Positions 29,203-39,432 are shown, counted from the first letter of the stretch. The stretch is 64,000 bases of DNA from Candidatus Latescibacterota bacterium (GCA_965248435.1 OZ252100.1:2272001-2336000); one strand, 5' to 3'. The notes: generated by a model not told the origin, from the letters alone. Numbers and translations: made by a program.

Positions 29203-30504
29203 CTAGTCCTCGTGCCGGAAGGTGACTCGTCCTCCAAGTACTGTGTACATGACCTGTCCCTGCAAGGACCAACCGTGAAAAGGCGTATTGCGCGACTTTG
29301 AACGGGATTGGAGGGCATCGACGGTCCAAGTCTTCGAGGGATCGATCACCGTCACGTCCGCGCGCACGCCCGACGACAGCGTCGCATCGCTCGATCCGAG
29401 CAGGCGGGCCGGAGCAACCGTAAGCTTCGAGATGGCATCGCTGAGGGAGAGCACGCCGGGTTGGATCAACATCTTGAACACGAGCCCCACCGCCGTCTCG
29501 AGACCGAGGATACCGTTCGGGGCTTCAGAAAATGCCCGGAGCTTCTCCTGGCTCGCATGGGGGGCGTGGTCCGTTGCGATCATATCGACCGTCCCATCCG
29601 CGAGACCTTCCAGCACGGCTTCACGGTCATCGGCGCTTCGCAGCGGCGGACTCATCTTCGCCGCGGTTCCGTAAACGCGTACATCTTCGTCCGTGAGCGT
29701 AAAGTGGTGGGGCATCGCCTCACACGTTACCGAAAGGCCCTCTCGTTTGGCATCCCGCACCAGATCCACAGATCTCCGCGCGCTGACGTGGAGGATGTGC
29801 AGCCGACCGCCCACCTCACGAACGAGATTTATATCCCGCTCCACCATTCCGGCTTCCCCCTCCGACGGCATCCCCTCGATTCCAAGTTCCCGGGAGACGA
29901 TGCCCTCGTGCATGTGCCCGCCTCGCGTGAGCTCGAGAAGTTCGCAGTGAGGACAGACGAAAAAGCCGAGCGCTTCAGATCGTTTGAGGAGTTCCCGCAT
30001 CGGCGGTTCGGGGATCGGCAGTCCGTCGTCCGAAAACCCGACCGCCCCGGCCTCCAGAAGCGCTTCGGTATCCGTAATCTCTTTGCCATCCAAATTTCGG
30101 GTGGCACACGCAACCGGATAGACGCGCGCGTCGGCCGATAGAGCTTTCTCTACAATCTCCCGGATGATTTGGGGCGAATCGGCGGGCGGATCCGTGTTGG
30201 GCATACAGGCAACAGACGTGAATCCCCCTGCAGCCGCTGCGCGGCAGCCCGTTTCGAGCGTCTCCTTGTCCGGAAACCCGGGGTCCCGCAGGTGCACGTG
30301 CGCGTCGATCAGCCCTGGAACCACCAGACTGCCCGTGACATCCGCCGTTTCACAACCCGAAGGCGCTTCAATCTCCGCCGCGACGCGCGAAACGTGGCCC
30401 TCCTGAATCAGAAGATCTGCCTTCCGATCTACGCCGTTCGCTGGATCCAGGATGCGGCCGTTTCGCAGCAGCAAGCCGTTCTCTGTCTTCTCCGACGATC
30501 CCAT
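29203..30504 (-). CDS. pyrC: Dihydroorotase (type I)
   Basis: Motifs DAHVHLRDPG, MPNT, KMSPPLR, TDHAPH and SKSRNTPF. Confidence 0.95.
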   Translation of the reverse strand: MGSSEKTENGLLLRNGRILDPANGVDRKADLLIQEGHVSRVAAEIEAPSGCETADVTGSLVVPGLIDAHVHLRDPGFPDKETLETGCRAAAAGGFTSVACMPNTDPPADSPQIIREIVEKALSADARVYPVACATRNLDGKEITDTEALLEAGAVGFSDDGLPIPEPPMRELLKRSEALGFFVCPHCELLELTRGGHMHEGIVSRELGIEGMPSEGEAGMVERDINLVREVGGRLHILHVSARRSVDLVRDAKREGLSVTCEAMPHHFTLTDEDVRVYGTAAKMSPPLRSADDREAVLEGLADGTVDMIATDHAPHASQEKLRAFSEAPNGILGLETAVGLVFKMLIQPGVLSLSDAISKLTVAPARLLGSSDATLSSGVRADVTVIDPSKTWTVDALQSRSKSRNTPFHGWSLQGQVMYTVLGGRVTFRHED

Positions 30505-30612
30505 CAAATGATCTTTCTCAGCAAACACATGACGCTTCGTTCGAGCGACAAGTTACCCGGGGGATCGAACACTGTCAAGAGGATCGGTGAAGATTTCTCC
30601 ACGGACGGCCGT

Positions 30613-32313
30613 TCAAGATCTCTTCAAAAAGCCTCTGAGGGAACGACCGACGCCATCCGCCGTCAGGACATCTTCTGGAATCGGCCAACCGTGCCTCCGA
30701 AGGCTGTCCGCGATGGCGATGGCTTCTGGCCAATCCAGGGAAAGTCCGCGCAGCCGGTCCCGGTCCGCGAAGGCGGCCCGAGTATCAGCTTCGAACGCGA
30801 GCCGTCCCCCGTCAAGCGCCGCGACCCGTTCCCCCAGCCGAGAAACAAGCCCCATGTCGTGAGAGACCAGGATCACCGTGCTCCCCTGCGACTGCAATGC
30901 ACGCAGCAAATCTTCAACCTCCTCGGCCCCTGCAGGGTCAAGCCCGGCGGTCGGTTCGTCCAGCACGAGCACGTCGGGACGCATCGCTAACACCCCGGCC
31001 GTGGCGACACGCCGCTTTTCACCAGAACTGAGCGCGAAAGGGGATCTTTCCAAAAACGCATCGGGCTGGAGGCCCACGTCGATCAAGGCCTGTCGTACCC
31101 TCGCGTCGATGTCATCAAGCGCCAGATTGCAGGGTCCGAACGCGACGTCATCGTAGACCGTCTCCGCGAAGAGCTGGGCCTCGGGGAACTGGAACAGAAG
31201 CGCGACGCGACGCCTCAACGGGCTCAGATCTTTCGTCTTTCCTACTTCCACACCACAAACGGTCAGTTCGCCCGACGTTGGCAAGAGCAGGCCATTCAGG
31301 TGTTGGAGAAGCGTCGACTTTCCGGATCCGCTGGGTCCGATCAGACAGAACAGACTACCCTCGGCAACATCCAAATCCAGATCGACGACGGCCGGACACG
31401 ACGTGGAGAGTCCCGGATTGTAGACGTGGCAGAGCTTTCGAGCGCTGACTACGGGGGAACGAGAAGGAAGCGGCGGAGACACCGTCTGCTGAGGAAGAGG
31501 TTCAGGAGGAGGCTCGGGGAGTTGACCAAGGAGGTCATCGGCAGATAGCGGGATCGGGGGAGGGAGACCGGTCTGGAACGCGATCTCCGCCGCTGTGGGT
31601 GGGGCCAGCCCCATCTTCCTGAGGGTGTCAACCCGGCCGTAGACCTCGGCCGGCGAGCCATCCGCTGCGACACGGCCACGGTCAAACACCAGAATTCGGT
31701 CTGCGAAGAGGGCTTCTTCGGGATCCTGCGTGACCAGCAGAGGCGTGACTTCGCCCGATCGATGCAGATCCTTTAAGAGCTCCCGGAGCGCGATCCGCGC
31801 CGCCGGATCCAGAAGCGCAGTCGGCTCATCCAGGAGAAGGTAGCGAGGGCGCATGGCCACAACAGATGCAATGGCCAGCCGCTGGCGTTCGCCGCCGGAC
31901 AGCAGGTGAGGAGGATGCTTACGGTCCTGAAGGAGGCCGAACCGCTCCAGGACCTCGTCCACCCGCATCTGCATCGCGTCCGTCGCTACGCCGAGATTTT
32001 CAAGGCCGAAGGCGACCTCACGTTCCACTTGAGCGGAGACGATCTGGTCGTCAGGGTTCTGGAAGACCATCCCGACGCGGCGCCTTACCGCCTGCACCGC
32101 ATCCTGAACCGACAGCCCGTCTACCAGAACATCGCCCCGGGTCGGCCTGAGCAGCCCATTCAAACAGCGCAGGAACGTCGTCTTCCCGGAGCCGTTCGCG
32201 CCGATCAGGGCGACCCACTCGCCTTCGCGGAGCGAAAGGTCGATCCCCTTCAGCACCTCGGCGCGCGCGCCGTCTGGATCGTATGAAAATCGGAGGTTTC
32301 GGACCTGTATCAA
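30613..32313 (-). CDS. Fused EcfA-EcfA' ECF transporter ATPase
   Basis: Two ABC domains: GANGSGKT/FQNPDDQ/LSGGE and GPSGSGKS/FQFPEAQ/LSSGE. Confidence 0.9.
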   Translation of the reverse strand: MIQVRNLRFSYDPDGARAEVLKGIDLSLREGEWVALIGANGSGKTTFLRCLNGLLRPTRGDVLVDGLSVQDAVQAVRRRVGMVFQNPDDQIVSAQVEREVAFGLENLGVATDAMQMRVDEVLERFGLLQDRKHPPHLLSGGERQRLAIASVVAMRPRYLLLDEPTALLDPAARIALRELLKDLHRSGEVTPLLVTQDPEEALFADRILVFDRGRVAADGSPAEVYGRVDTLRKMGLAPPTAAEIAFQTGLPPPIPLSADDLLGQLPEPPPEPLPQQTVSPPLPSRSPVVSARKLCHVYNPGLSTSCPAVVDLDLDVAEGSLFCLIGPSGSGKSTLLQHLNGLLLPTSGELTVCGVEVGKTKDLSPLRRRVALLFQFPEAQLFAETVYDDVAFGPCNLALDDIDARVRQALIDVGLQPDAFLERSPFALSSGEKRRVATAGVLAMRPDVLVLDEPTAGLDPAGAEEVEDLLRALQSQGSTVILVSHDMGLVSRLGERVAALDGGRLAFEADTRAAFADRDRLRGLSLDWPEAIAIADSLRRHGWPIPEDVLTADGVGRSLRGFLKRS

Positions 32314-33602
32314 GCCACTACTTCACCGACAAGCTGGCCAAACGCCTCCTGCGGAGGCAGGTTGCCGTCCGGCCCGACGTCGAGCGGCCGGGGCTCGCTC
32401 ATCACTTCGAGATCGGAACGCTGCTCCGTCTCCGCCAGATAGGAAATGGACGCCTCGATCTCCCCCAGGTCGAGCGTATTCCGGATCCAGAGGACCTTCG
32501 CCTCGTGCGGTTCCACGAGGCCGATCGACCGCAGCGCAACCTCAAGCACTTCTCTGTCGGTCGGATAGTGCATCGGCGTAGAGGCGGCAGAAACGTGTTG
32601 ACCCGTCATCGCATTGATATAGGTCGCGTTTTTGTCCATCTTGCCCACCAGCCGATCGGTCGTGAACTCCGCGAGACCGATGCCGGTCGCGTTGCCGTGG
32701 GTCGCTTCGGTCAAGTCTCGCACGAAGATGCGCAGTAATCGCGGCCGCTCATCCCCCAGGGCAGTCCTGTCATTCCGTTTACGACCGATCACATTCGTGT
32801 CCATGCCTGTACCGCTGATGTTCTTGCCCATCTCGTCGATAATCAGTAGATCGGCTTCTTCGAACGGCAGCTTGGGACACCAGACCTTGGCCTGCTTCTG
32901 AAGTTCCTTCTCTCCCTCCTCAAAGTCATCCGAGTCCAGCACGGTGATCTGTGCAGTCTCGTCGTAGCCGTTTTCCAGAATCGCCACGCCGAACGCGATC
33001 GGCATCTTCTCTCTGACGATCCTGCCGACGATTCGCACGATCTTATCGAAAGAATGGTGAATGATGGCCCGGTGATAGACGAGTGCGCCTTTGTGCTTTC
33101 CCAGGCCGATGAGCATCATCTTCATCAGTCCGCTCTCTATCTCACCTGCGAATCCGGTGTGCGGTTTGACGCGGTTGATCACGACGACGTGGTCCGCCTC
33201 GGAAGCGTTCTTGTCGAAGTAGACCGGCACCCCGAAGTCCGTCGTATCGATCTGGATGACCTCCATCGAGGAGCGGATTGGGATTCCCATCGTGCCTTCC
33301 GTGATCCCGTAACCGGCAAGCACATCGATCTGGCCCACCGCTGTTCCGCCCCCGTGGCTGCCCATCGCCGGCACGATGTAGGGCTGCGCGCCCAGGGCCT
33401 GCACTTCCTCGACCACGGTCTTGACGATCGTGTCGATGTTCGCGATCCCCCGGCTGCCCACCGCAAGCGCGACGGAGTCTCCCGAATGGATCTTCTGGCC
33501 GGGCCGAATCGTTTTAATCTCATCACGCACCGCCTGGGGGACGTCGCTCAGGGTCGGGGCGTCCAGAATCTGGCGGACACGGAACATTTCCGGGTATTCC
33601 AT
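32310..33602 (-). CDS. Lactate racemase domain (LarA/DUF2088-like) protein
   Basis: Motifs VGSRGI, PAMGSHGG, NRVKPHT, SGLMKM and GKNISGTGMD. Confidence 0.85.
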   Translation of the reverse strand: MEYPEMFRVRQILDAPTLSDVPQAVRDEIKTIRPGQKIHSGDSVALAVGSRGIANIDTIVKTVVEEVQALGAQPYIVPAMGSHGGGTAVGQIDVLAGYGITEGTMGIPIRSSMEVIQIDTTDFGVPVYFDKNASEADHVVVINRVKPHTGFAGEIESGLMKMMLIGLGKHKGALVYHRAIIHHSFDKIVRIVGRIVREKMPIAFGVAILENGYDETAQITVLDSDDFEEGEKELQKQAKVWCPKLPFEEADLLIIDEMGKNISGTGMDTNVIGRKRNDRTALGDERPRLLRIFVRDLTEATHGNATGIGLAEFTTDRLVGKMDKNATYINAMTGQHVSAASTPMHYPTDREVLEVALRSIGLVEPHEAKVLWIRNTLDLGEIEASISYLAETEQRSDLEVMSEPRPLDVGPDGNLPPQEAFGQLVGEVVA

Positions 33603-33634
33603 GAATGAGCCTCCTGAGACTTTGGGATCACGCG

Positions 33635-34783
33635 CTACGTGGATGCTTCGTAAAGATCGATCACATCATTCAGGGTGGTCTTACGGGGATTCACTTTGAT
33701 GTTGCCGCTTTTCATGGCGTCTTCAGCAAGAATCGGGATCTGTTCGACCTTGACACCGACCTCGGTCAGGCGTTCGGGAATCTCGACGTCGCGCTCCAGC
33801 GCCTCAACCGCCTCCACGGCGCACGACGCGGCCTCCATAGGCGTCAACCCTTCGACGTCCACCCCCATCGCCGCAGCGATCTCGGCAAACGCTTCAGGGC
33901 AGGCGATCAGGTTGAACGCCATCACCCGGGGCAACAGGATAGCATTGGCCACACCGTGCGGGACCCCGAAGTGTCCGCTCACGGGGTGAGACATAGCGTG
34001 AACGTTTCCGAGCCGGGTCTGCGAAAAGGCCATTCCCGCCATCGTGCTTGCGATCAGCATCCGCTGCGTGGCCCCGTGGTTGGAATCGCTCGAGGCCGCT
34101 TGTCCAAGGTAGTCCGAAATCAGCGAGATCGCGTGAAGCGCCAGCCCCTGAGAAATCGGGTTGGCCGCAAGAGAGACGTAAGATTCCACCGCGTGAGTCA
34201 GCGCATCCATACCGGTCGCCGCGGCGACCGGCAGAGGCAGCGCCACCGCCATATCCGAGTCCAGGATACCCAGATCGGGAAGGATTTCCGGTCCTATCAC
34301 GGCGGCCTTGTAAAGATTCTCGTCTGTAATGACAGCGAATGGCGTGACCTCACTGCCTGTCCCGTAAGTCGTAGGCACACAGAGCAAAAACGGACCGCGT
34401 TCCCTTACCTTTTTGGGCCAGAAGTAATCTTCGACGCGGCCGCCGTTAACGATGATGACGGCCGCTCCCTTGGCCGTGTCCATCGAGCTCCCGCCGCCCA
34501 GCGCGATCAGGCAGTCACACCCCTCGGCCTCGTAGCGCTCCGCACAGGCGTGCACCACGCGAACGGGCGGGTTGGCCTCCACCCCATCGTATACGGCAGA
34601 CGCGACCCCCTCCGAATCCAGAAGCGAGGTGAGCCGTCCCACAAGACCCGCCTCGACGAGCCCCTGATCGGTCACCACGAGTGGCTTTTTAAGACCTTTT
34701 TTAGCCAGGGCACCGGGCGTTTCTGCCACCGCACCTCGGCCTGAGATCAGGCGGGTTGGAGAAAAAAAGCTGAAGGGTTCCAT
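33635..34783 (-). CDS. Iron-containing alcohol dehydrogenase
   Basis: Motifs GGGSSMD, PTTYGTGSE, DALTHAVE, VHAMSH and PHGVAN. Confidence 0.95.
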   Translation of the reverse strand: MEPFSFFSPTRLISGRGAVAETPGALAKKGLKKPLVVTDQGLVEAGLVGRLTSLLDSEGVASAVYDGVEANPPVRVVHACAERYEAEGCDCLIALGGGSSMDTAKGAAVIIVNGGRVEDYFWPKKVRERGPFLLCVPTTYGTGSEVTPFAVITDENLYKAAVIGPEILPDLGILDSDMAVALPLPVAAATGMDALTHAVESYVSLAANPISQGLALHAISLISDYLGQAASSDSNHGATQRMLIASTMAGMAFSQTRLGNVHAMSHPVSGHFGVPHGVANAILLPRVMAFNLIACPEAFAEIAAAMGVDVEGLTPMEAASCAVEAVEALERDVEIPERLTEVGVKVEQIPILAEDAMKSGNIKVNPRKTTLNDVIDLYEAST

Positions 34784-34888
34784 ATCGATCTCTCAGAGTA
34801 TCCAGAATCGGCCAAATGCACCCATAAATCATAGGCATTTTCGCGGTTCTACACAAGATCGTTCAAAGGCAGCGCATCGCGAGACCCG

Positions 34889-35461
34889 TTATGAACCGTC
34901 AGTCTGCAGCAGCTGCAAGACCTCCCCCAAACCCTCCGCCGATGGCGTGTGATCGAGCGTCGGCTTCCCGTTCGTCAGGTAGATACATCTCACTCCCGTG
35001 CGACGACAGGCCTCGACGTCGTATCGACTGTCTCCGATCTTGGTCGCCTCTTCCGGCTGGACGCCAAGCGCCTGGAGCGCCTTCTCGATCAGATCCCCAG
35101 AGGGTTTGAGTTCTCCGTCGTCCCTGCTGAGTGCTACATCGAATTCCAAACCGAACCTTCGGATCACCGTTTGCATCGCCTCTTTATGGTTGTTCGTCAC
35201 GAGCGCGATCCCGATCCCCTTCGAACGCAGGTAATCCACCAGCTCATTCAGCCCCTCGTTCGGCGCTGCCCGCTCGGCGGCTTCTCGCTCGGTCTTCCTC
35301 AGCTCCTCATTCGCCCATGCCGAGCGCTCGGACGGAAGGCTGTCGATGTGTTCGAGGATCGTCCGCTCCGGGACCGCCCCGATCTTCTCCCGAAGCGCCT
35401 TCCAGTCGATGTAGGGGACGGTCACCGTACCGTCCATATCGAGAATCACGCCCTTTAACAC
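34889..35461 (-). CDS. HAD-family hydrolase
   Basis: Motifs DMDGT, VTNN, KP and IGDSRYD. Confidence 0.9.
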   Translation of the reverse strand: MLKGVILDMDGTVTVPYIDWKALREKIGAVPERTILEHIDSLPSERSAWANEELRKTEREAAERAAPNEGLNELVDYLRSKGIGIALVTNNHKEAMQTVIRRFGLEFDVALSRDDGELKPSGDLIEKALQALGVQPEEATKIGDSRYDVEACRRTGVRCIYLTNGKPTLDHTPSAEGLGEVLQLLQTDGS

Positions 35462-35518
35462 AACCTAACCTCTATCAGTCGACTGATTTCGGAAGCCACG
35501 AAACACGTCACCGGTTCC

Positions 35519-35636
35519 GACCCACCCCTAAATCCCCTCCAAGGAGGGGACTTTTCGTATTTCATCCGGGTAGGAGGGAAGGTCACCAAGATCCCCTCCC
35601 GGGAGGGGTGCCCGACGGAGTCGGGCGGGGTGGGTC
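35519..35636. repeat. REPIN-like paired hairpin element
   Basis: GACCCACCCC...TCCCCTCCAAGGAGGGGA...CCCCTCCCGGGAGGGG...GGGGTGGGTC. Confidence 0.65.
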
Positions 35637-35680
35637 ATATCCGCAATCCCAGATCCGCAATCGCAATTGAGACACGTCTT

Positions 35681-36709
35681 CTACATCACCTTGGTGATTT
35701 CGTCACGTTCGAAAGTCGGCAAATCGATCAGTGAGCCGTCCCGGGCGACCTTCAGTCCGAAGCTCCGATCCTCCACGCGGCCAATTATCTCGCATCGGAT
35801 GCCCTCGGCGCGGATGGCGTCCCTCACCTGATCCGCATCGGCTTCGGCAACGCCAATCAGCAGCGCCCCGGAGGATATCACGCCCAGAGGATCGAGTCCA
35901 CATACGGCACATAGCCGGCGCGTCTCGTCTGAGGCGAACAGCGCCTCGGCCTCCAGTGAGAGACCGACGTCCGAAGCCGTCGCCAGTTCACGGAGTGCCG
36001 TGGCCACGCCGCCTTCGGTCGGGTCGTGCATGGCGTGCACTCGCGCTGAGTCGCAGGCGATTCGGGCCTCTTGCAAAATGCTGATCCCGGGATCGTGGAG
36101 GTAGTTCCGGGCACGGGCCAGTGTCTCAGCGTCGATTCCCTTCTCGGCAAGCACAACCGCAATCTCCCTGGCCAGGATGGCCGTGGCTTCCACCCCCAGT
36201 CCTTTGGTCATCAAAAGACGGTCCCCCACTTCGAGTCCGGAGGACCGGACGAGATCTTCCCGGCCGACCTCCCCCAGCATCTGACCGATCACGATCGGAC
36301 GATCGAGTCCCACCGTGATCTCCGTGTGCCCCCCGCAGAAGGAGACATCGATCTCACGTGCGGCGGAATGGATCGACTCAAAAATCGCTTCGATCTGCGG
36401 ATCATCGGTTCGCCCTTCCGGCAACAGCAACGTGGCCAGAAACCACCTGGGACGAGCACCCATCGTCGCGAGGTCGTTCGCATTCACGTGGATCGCATAA
36501 AACCCGATTTCGTCCGTCGCGAACGTAATCGGGTCCGTCTTCGCGACCAGACAGGTCTCGCCGAACTCGATGACCGTTGCGTCTTCCCCGATACTCGGAC
36601 CGACAAGGACTCGCTCACCCGCATCCGTGTAACGACTCAGAAGCCTGGAAAGCGTATCCAGCGGGAGCTTCCCTGGAGGGTGAAATCGCTTCAATGCGAA
36701 GTCCTTCAA
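35681..36709 (-). CDS. AIR synthase-related (PurM/HypE-like) protein
   Basis: Motifs GKLP, GEDA, KTDPIT, NANDLA, GGHTE and MHDPTEGG. Confidence 0.88.
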   Translation of the reverse strand: MKDFALKRFHPPGKLPLDTLSRLLSRYTDAGERVLVGPSIGEDATVIEFGETCLVAKTDPITFATDEIGFYAIHVNANDLATMGARPRWFLATLLLPEGRTDDPQIEAIFESIHSAAREIDVSFCGGHTEITVGLDRPIVIGQMLGEVGREDLVRSSGLEVGDRLLMTKGLGVEATAILAREIAVVLAEKGIDAETLARARNYLHDPGISILQEARIACDSARVHAMHDPTEGGVATALRELATASDVGLSLEAEALFASDETRRLCAVCGLDPLGVISSGALLIGVAEADADQVRDAIRAEGIRCEIIGRVEDRSFGLKVARDGSLIDLPTFERDEITKVM

Positions 36710-37077
36710 GTCTCGGAATCCAGGAAGACCGTCTGCCGATCCCCGTCAGAAAACGAAATGATCGCGCGGAGTGGTTCCCGTCCCGTGTTCACTGCGTTGT
36801 GAACGACGCCTTTGGGGACGCGGATCGTGTCCCCGGCCTCCATGCGGAAGACCTCCTCTCCCACCGCGTGTTCGCACTGCCCTGACAGCACGTGAAGAAG
36901 CTCTTCGCAGTTGGGATGGTAATGGGGGGGGTTCTGGGAACCCGGATTGATTGTTGCGATCCCGAAGGTCTGCTGCGCATCCTCGTTCAGCCGCTGACTC
37001 ATCAGCCACTTGAGGGCGCCCCAATCATACTGCTCTGTCGCTACTTCGCTCAAGCGTGTCACAGGCCCCGATTCCAT
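36706..37077 (-). CDS. Cupin domain protein
   Basis: HYHPNCEE...GD...P.GVVH cupin motifs. Confidence 0.9.
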   Translation of the reverse strand: MESGPVTRLSEVATEQYDWGALKWLMSQRLNEDAQQTFGIATINPGSQNPPHYHPNCEELLHVLSGQCEHAVGEEVFRMEAGDTIRVPKGVVHNAVNTGREPLRAIISFSDGDRQTVFLDSET

Positions 37078-37317
37078 CTCGCCTCCAGCGCGAAAAGACC
37101 GCTACAAACCTGGATAATTTCAATCTCTGAGCACACGATAGCCCATTTGGCATGACCTGTCAACACGTAAACTGGCTGAGAAAAACCAGCTGACGGGTGC
37201 AAATTCGCCATTTCCGCGCGTATCGATTCGGGCCTGTCGGCCCTCCCGAATCTCGGCCTTGTGAATATCCCGCCTCAGATCCGGCCCATACGATTTCGAC
37301 GGGTTCGGAATGCGATC

Positions 37318-37333
37318 TGGCATACCATTTGCG
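37318..37333 (+). promoter_or_regulatory. Sigma54 promoter with no downstream CDS
   Basis: TGGCATA-CCAT-TTGCG (GG-N10-GC). Confidence 0.7.
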
Positions 37334-37343
37334 AATACATCCC

Positions 37344-37426
37344 AGTGATCAGAATGGCGGTGGCCCGACCTGCCGCCGTTCCCTCAACTGGGAACCGGCG
37401 TCCCCCGACTGCCGGTTCCCTTTTTT
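37344..37426 (+). ncRNA. Candidate sigma54-dependent small RNA (about 83 nt)
   Basis: Lies between the -24/-12 promoter and the terminator GGGAACCGGC...GCCGGTTCCC-T6. Two hairpins, both with CCCGAC at the loop. The 5' end is inferred. Confidence 0.6.
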
Positions 37427-37435
37427 GTGGCAAAG

Positions 37436-37465
37436 AAAAACCCGGAGGAGATGCTCCGGGTTTTC
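37436..37465 (-). terminator. Intrinsic terminator for the nucleotidyltransferase gene (convergent with the sRNA)
   Basis: AAAACCCGGAG-CATCTC-CTCCGGGTTTTT on the minus strand. Confidence 0.75.
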
Positions 37466-37505
37466 TCTGTTTCTGCTCGTTCTGCAGGGGCCAGACTGCA
37501 CCTCC

Positions 37506-38272
37506 CTATCTACTGGTTCTCATGCACCGTTCAATTGTGTCGCGAACAAAGTCCAGCGTTTGCTCCAGATCTATTTCCTCCTCATTGCGCCACGATAGAG
37601 ACGCTTCGATCAATCTCGTTCGCTCCTTAGCAGCAGATTCCATCGCCCATCTTGCGGCAACCGGCTTTGAGACAATCTCTCCATTTTGGACTGTATAGAG
37701 TGCCCTGCACATCGTGAGAACGGCATACGCTCGATACTCACTGGTACGCAGAAAAGTGGGTTCCTTAAGCATGGGAGACCACCACTCGCCAAGCGTTCCC
37801 CTGGCAGCTCCCCGCAGTTCGTCCGGCCCCACCGGATCGATTAGCGTCTTCGGGTCTGGGCCCGCCAAGCAAACTCCCTTTTCTCGGAGAACGTGGAGGT
37901 GAATCACCCAGTCAATCCCGTGATTCCCCACGCCGAATTCCCAATCTACACCGATCGAGGGATACCGTGCCTGCGGATCATATCGCCTGAGCGCTCGCCG
38001 CGGAACATAGAAACCCTCCAGCTTCTTCGCCCATTTCAGACTGCTCGCTGAGATTCGATCGTGCATCCCCTTCAGATCGGAGATTGTTTCAGTTGAAAGT
38101 TCCTCCTGCGTGGCGACAACAAAATCGATATCACTCCGCAGGAGATCGAAATCCCGGTTGCGAGCGATCCGAATAGATACACGCCAAGAAGGCGATCCCC
38201 CAAAGTCGTCTGTACATCTGATTGAATGATTTGAAGTATCGCATTGACATCATTGTAAGGGGTAGGATTCAT
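37506..38272 (-). CDS. Nucleotidyltransferase plus DUF4111 (AadA-like) protein; frameshift near 38153
   Basis: GVYLFGSLATG continues in another frame as DFDLLRSDIDFVV (one G missing from a G run); C-terminal YAVLTMCRALY..SKP.AARWA. Confidence 0.8.
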
Positions 38273-38289
38273 AGCAGAAGTCTTCGGGA

Positions 38290-38880
38290 CTACGATTCCC
38301 GTGCCTTCCAGAACTCGTGTGCGGATTTCGCGAGGTCTCTGTGGTTGCGGTGCCAATTCTCTACCTTGTCATAAAACCAGTATCTAAGATCCAGCCCTTC
38401 ATTCGACAGACGCATCTCACCGCCAGTTACTCTACAATAGTAGACAACTGAGATCATCGAATGCGGGCCATTCTCCTCGCTGGGAAACCGAGCGAATACG
38501 TCCACTAGAGATACACACTCGACCTCTAACCCTGTCTCTTCCCGTGTTTCCCGCACCGCAGCTTCTGCCGGGCTTTCATTCAGCTCGACCCAACCACACG
38601 GCAGGCACCATTTCTCATCGTCTGAACGCTGCATGAGCAAGATTCGGCCCTCCTGATCGAAGATGGCTGCATCCGCGCCGACTTTGGGCGTAGCGACTCC
38701 CAACTCCATACAGAGCCGCTCACGCGCCCCTTCTGACGGTACACTGACAGACGCCCCGTAGTACTCGCTCACCAGCTCGATCAAACGCTCATATCGTTGG
38801 CGATCGTAGTCATTGCCCGCGAACTCGAGTCCGTTGCGCGCGATGCCTCTCAACTCATCAAGAAGTGGCAATATGTCCAA
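38290..38880 (-). CDS. Nudix hydrolase with a Nudix_N domain
   Basis: Nudix box G.VELNESPAEAAVRETREETG; N-terminal IARNGL...YDRQRY...TPKVG. Confidence 0.9.
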   Translation of the reverse strand: MDILPLLDELRGIARNGLEFAGNDYDRQRYERLIELVSEYYGASVSVPSEGARERLCMELGVATPKVGADAAIFDQEGRILLMQRSDDEKWCLPCGWVELNESPAEAAVRETREETGLEVECVSLVDVFARFPSEENGPHSMISVVYYCRVTGGEMRLSNEGLDLRYWFYDKVENWHRNHRDLAKSAHEFWKARES

Positions 38881-38940
38881 TTCGCAAGATATCCTTTGCG
38901 TGCTTCTTGAAGTTCCTGCCTTACGACGATATACGTTCGC

Positions 38941-39432
38941 CTAAGCGTCAATCTTAAGCGATCGAAAAGCCCTTTTAGGTCTGTCATAGTCGAGATACGA
39001 CATCGGAGCATCGTTCAAGCGTAACGATACGTCATGTGGAGACAGGGGTCGGTTAGCCAGATAAATCTTCGCTTGCATAATGAGGTCGTTCATTGAGCCT
39101 GTAACTGCTCGATTGAGTGCTTTGGAGAACGATATCGTATCCATTGAGGGGGCGATCAGTCTCTCGAAAATAAACCTGTGTCCATCGTCTCGGATAAATT
39201 CACCCATGTAGTCTGTGATCTGATCCAAAAACTGAAAATCGGTGGTGATGTCTCTCCCATACATCACCATTGAATACAGAGAAGCACTGTTCGTAATCAG
39301 AATGTATTGGGTACGATCAGCCGTAAACAAGTGTGTGGACCAATCGGCAAACGGGTTAGAATCGGCAGGCAAAGACAGTTGAGGTGTAAAGTGAATCTTT
39401 TTGCTAATCTTGGCCGAGACTCTGATTATCAT
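38941..39432 (-). CDS. Hypothetical protein, DUF6933-like
   Basis: Pattern W..HLF..DR....L.TN..SLYS...NRAVTGSMND; family recalled from memory. Confidence 0.65.
   Translation of the reverse strand: MIIRVSAKISKKIHFTPQLSLPADSNPFADWSTHLFTADRTQYILITNSASLYSMVMYGRDITTDFQFLDQITDYMGEFIRDDGHRFIFERLIAPSMDTISFSKALNRAVTGSMNDLIMQAKIYLANRPLSPHDVSLRLNDAPMSYLDYDRPKRAFRSLKIDA

Noticed and set aside
27921-30504. pyrC-carA without adjacent pyrB/carB
   Set aside because: Split pyr operons are common, so this is not notable.
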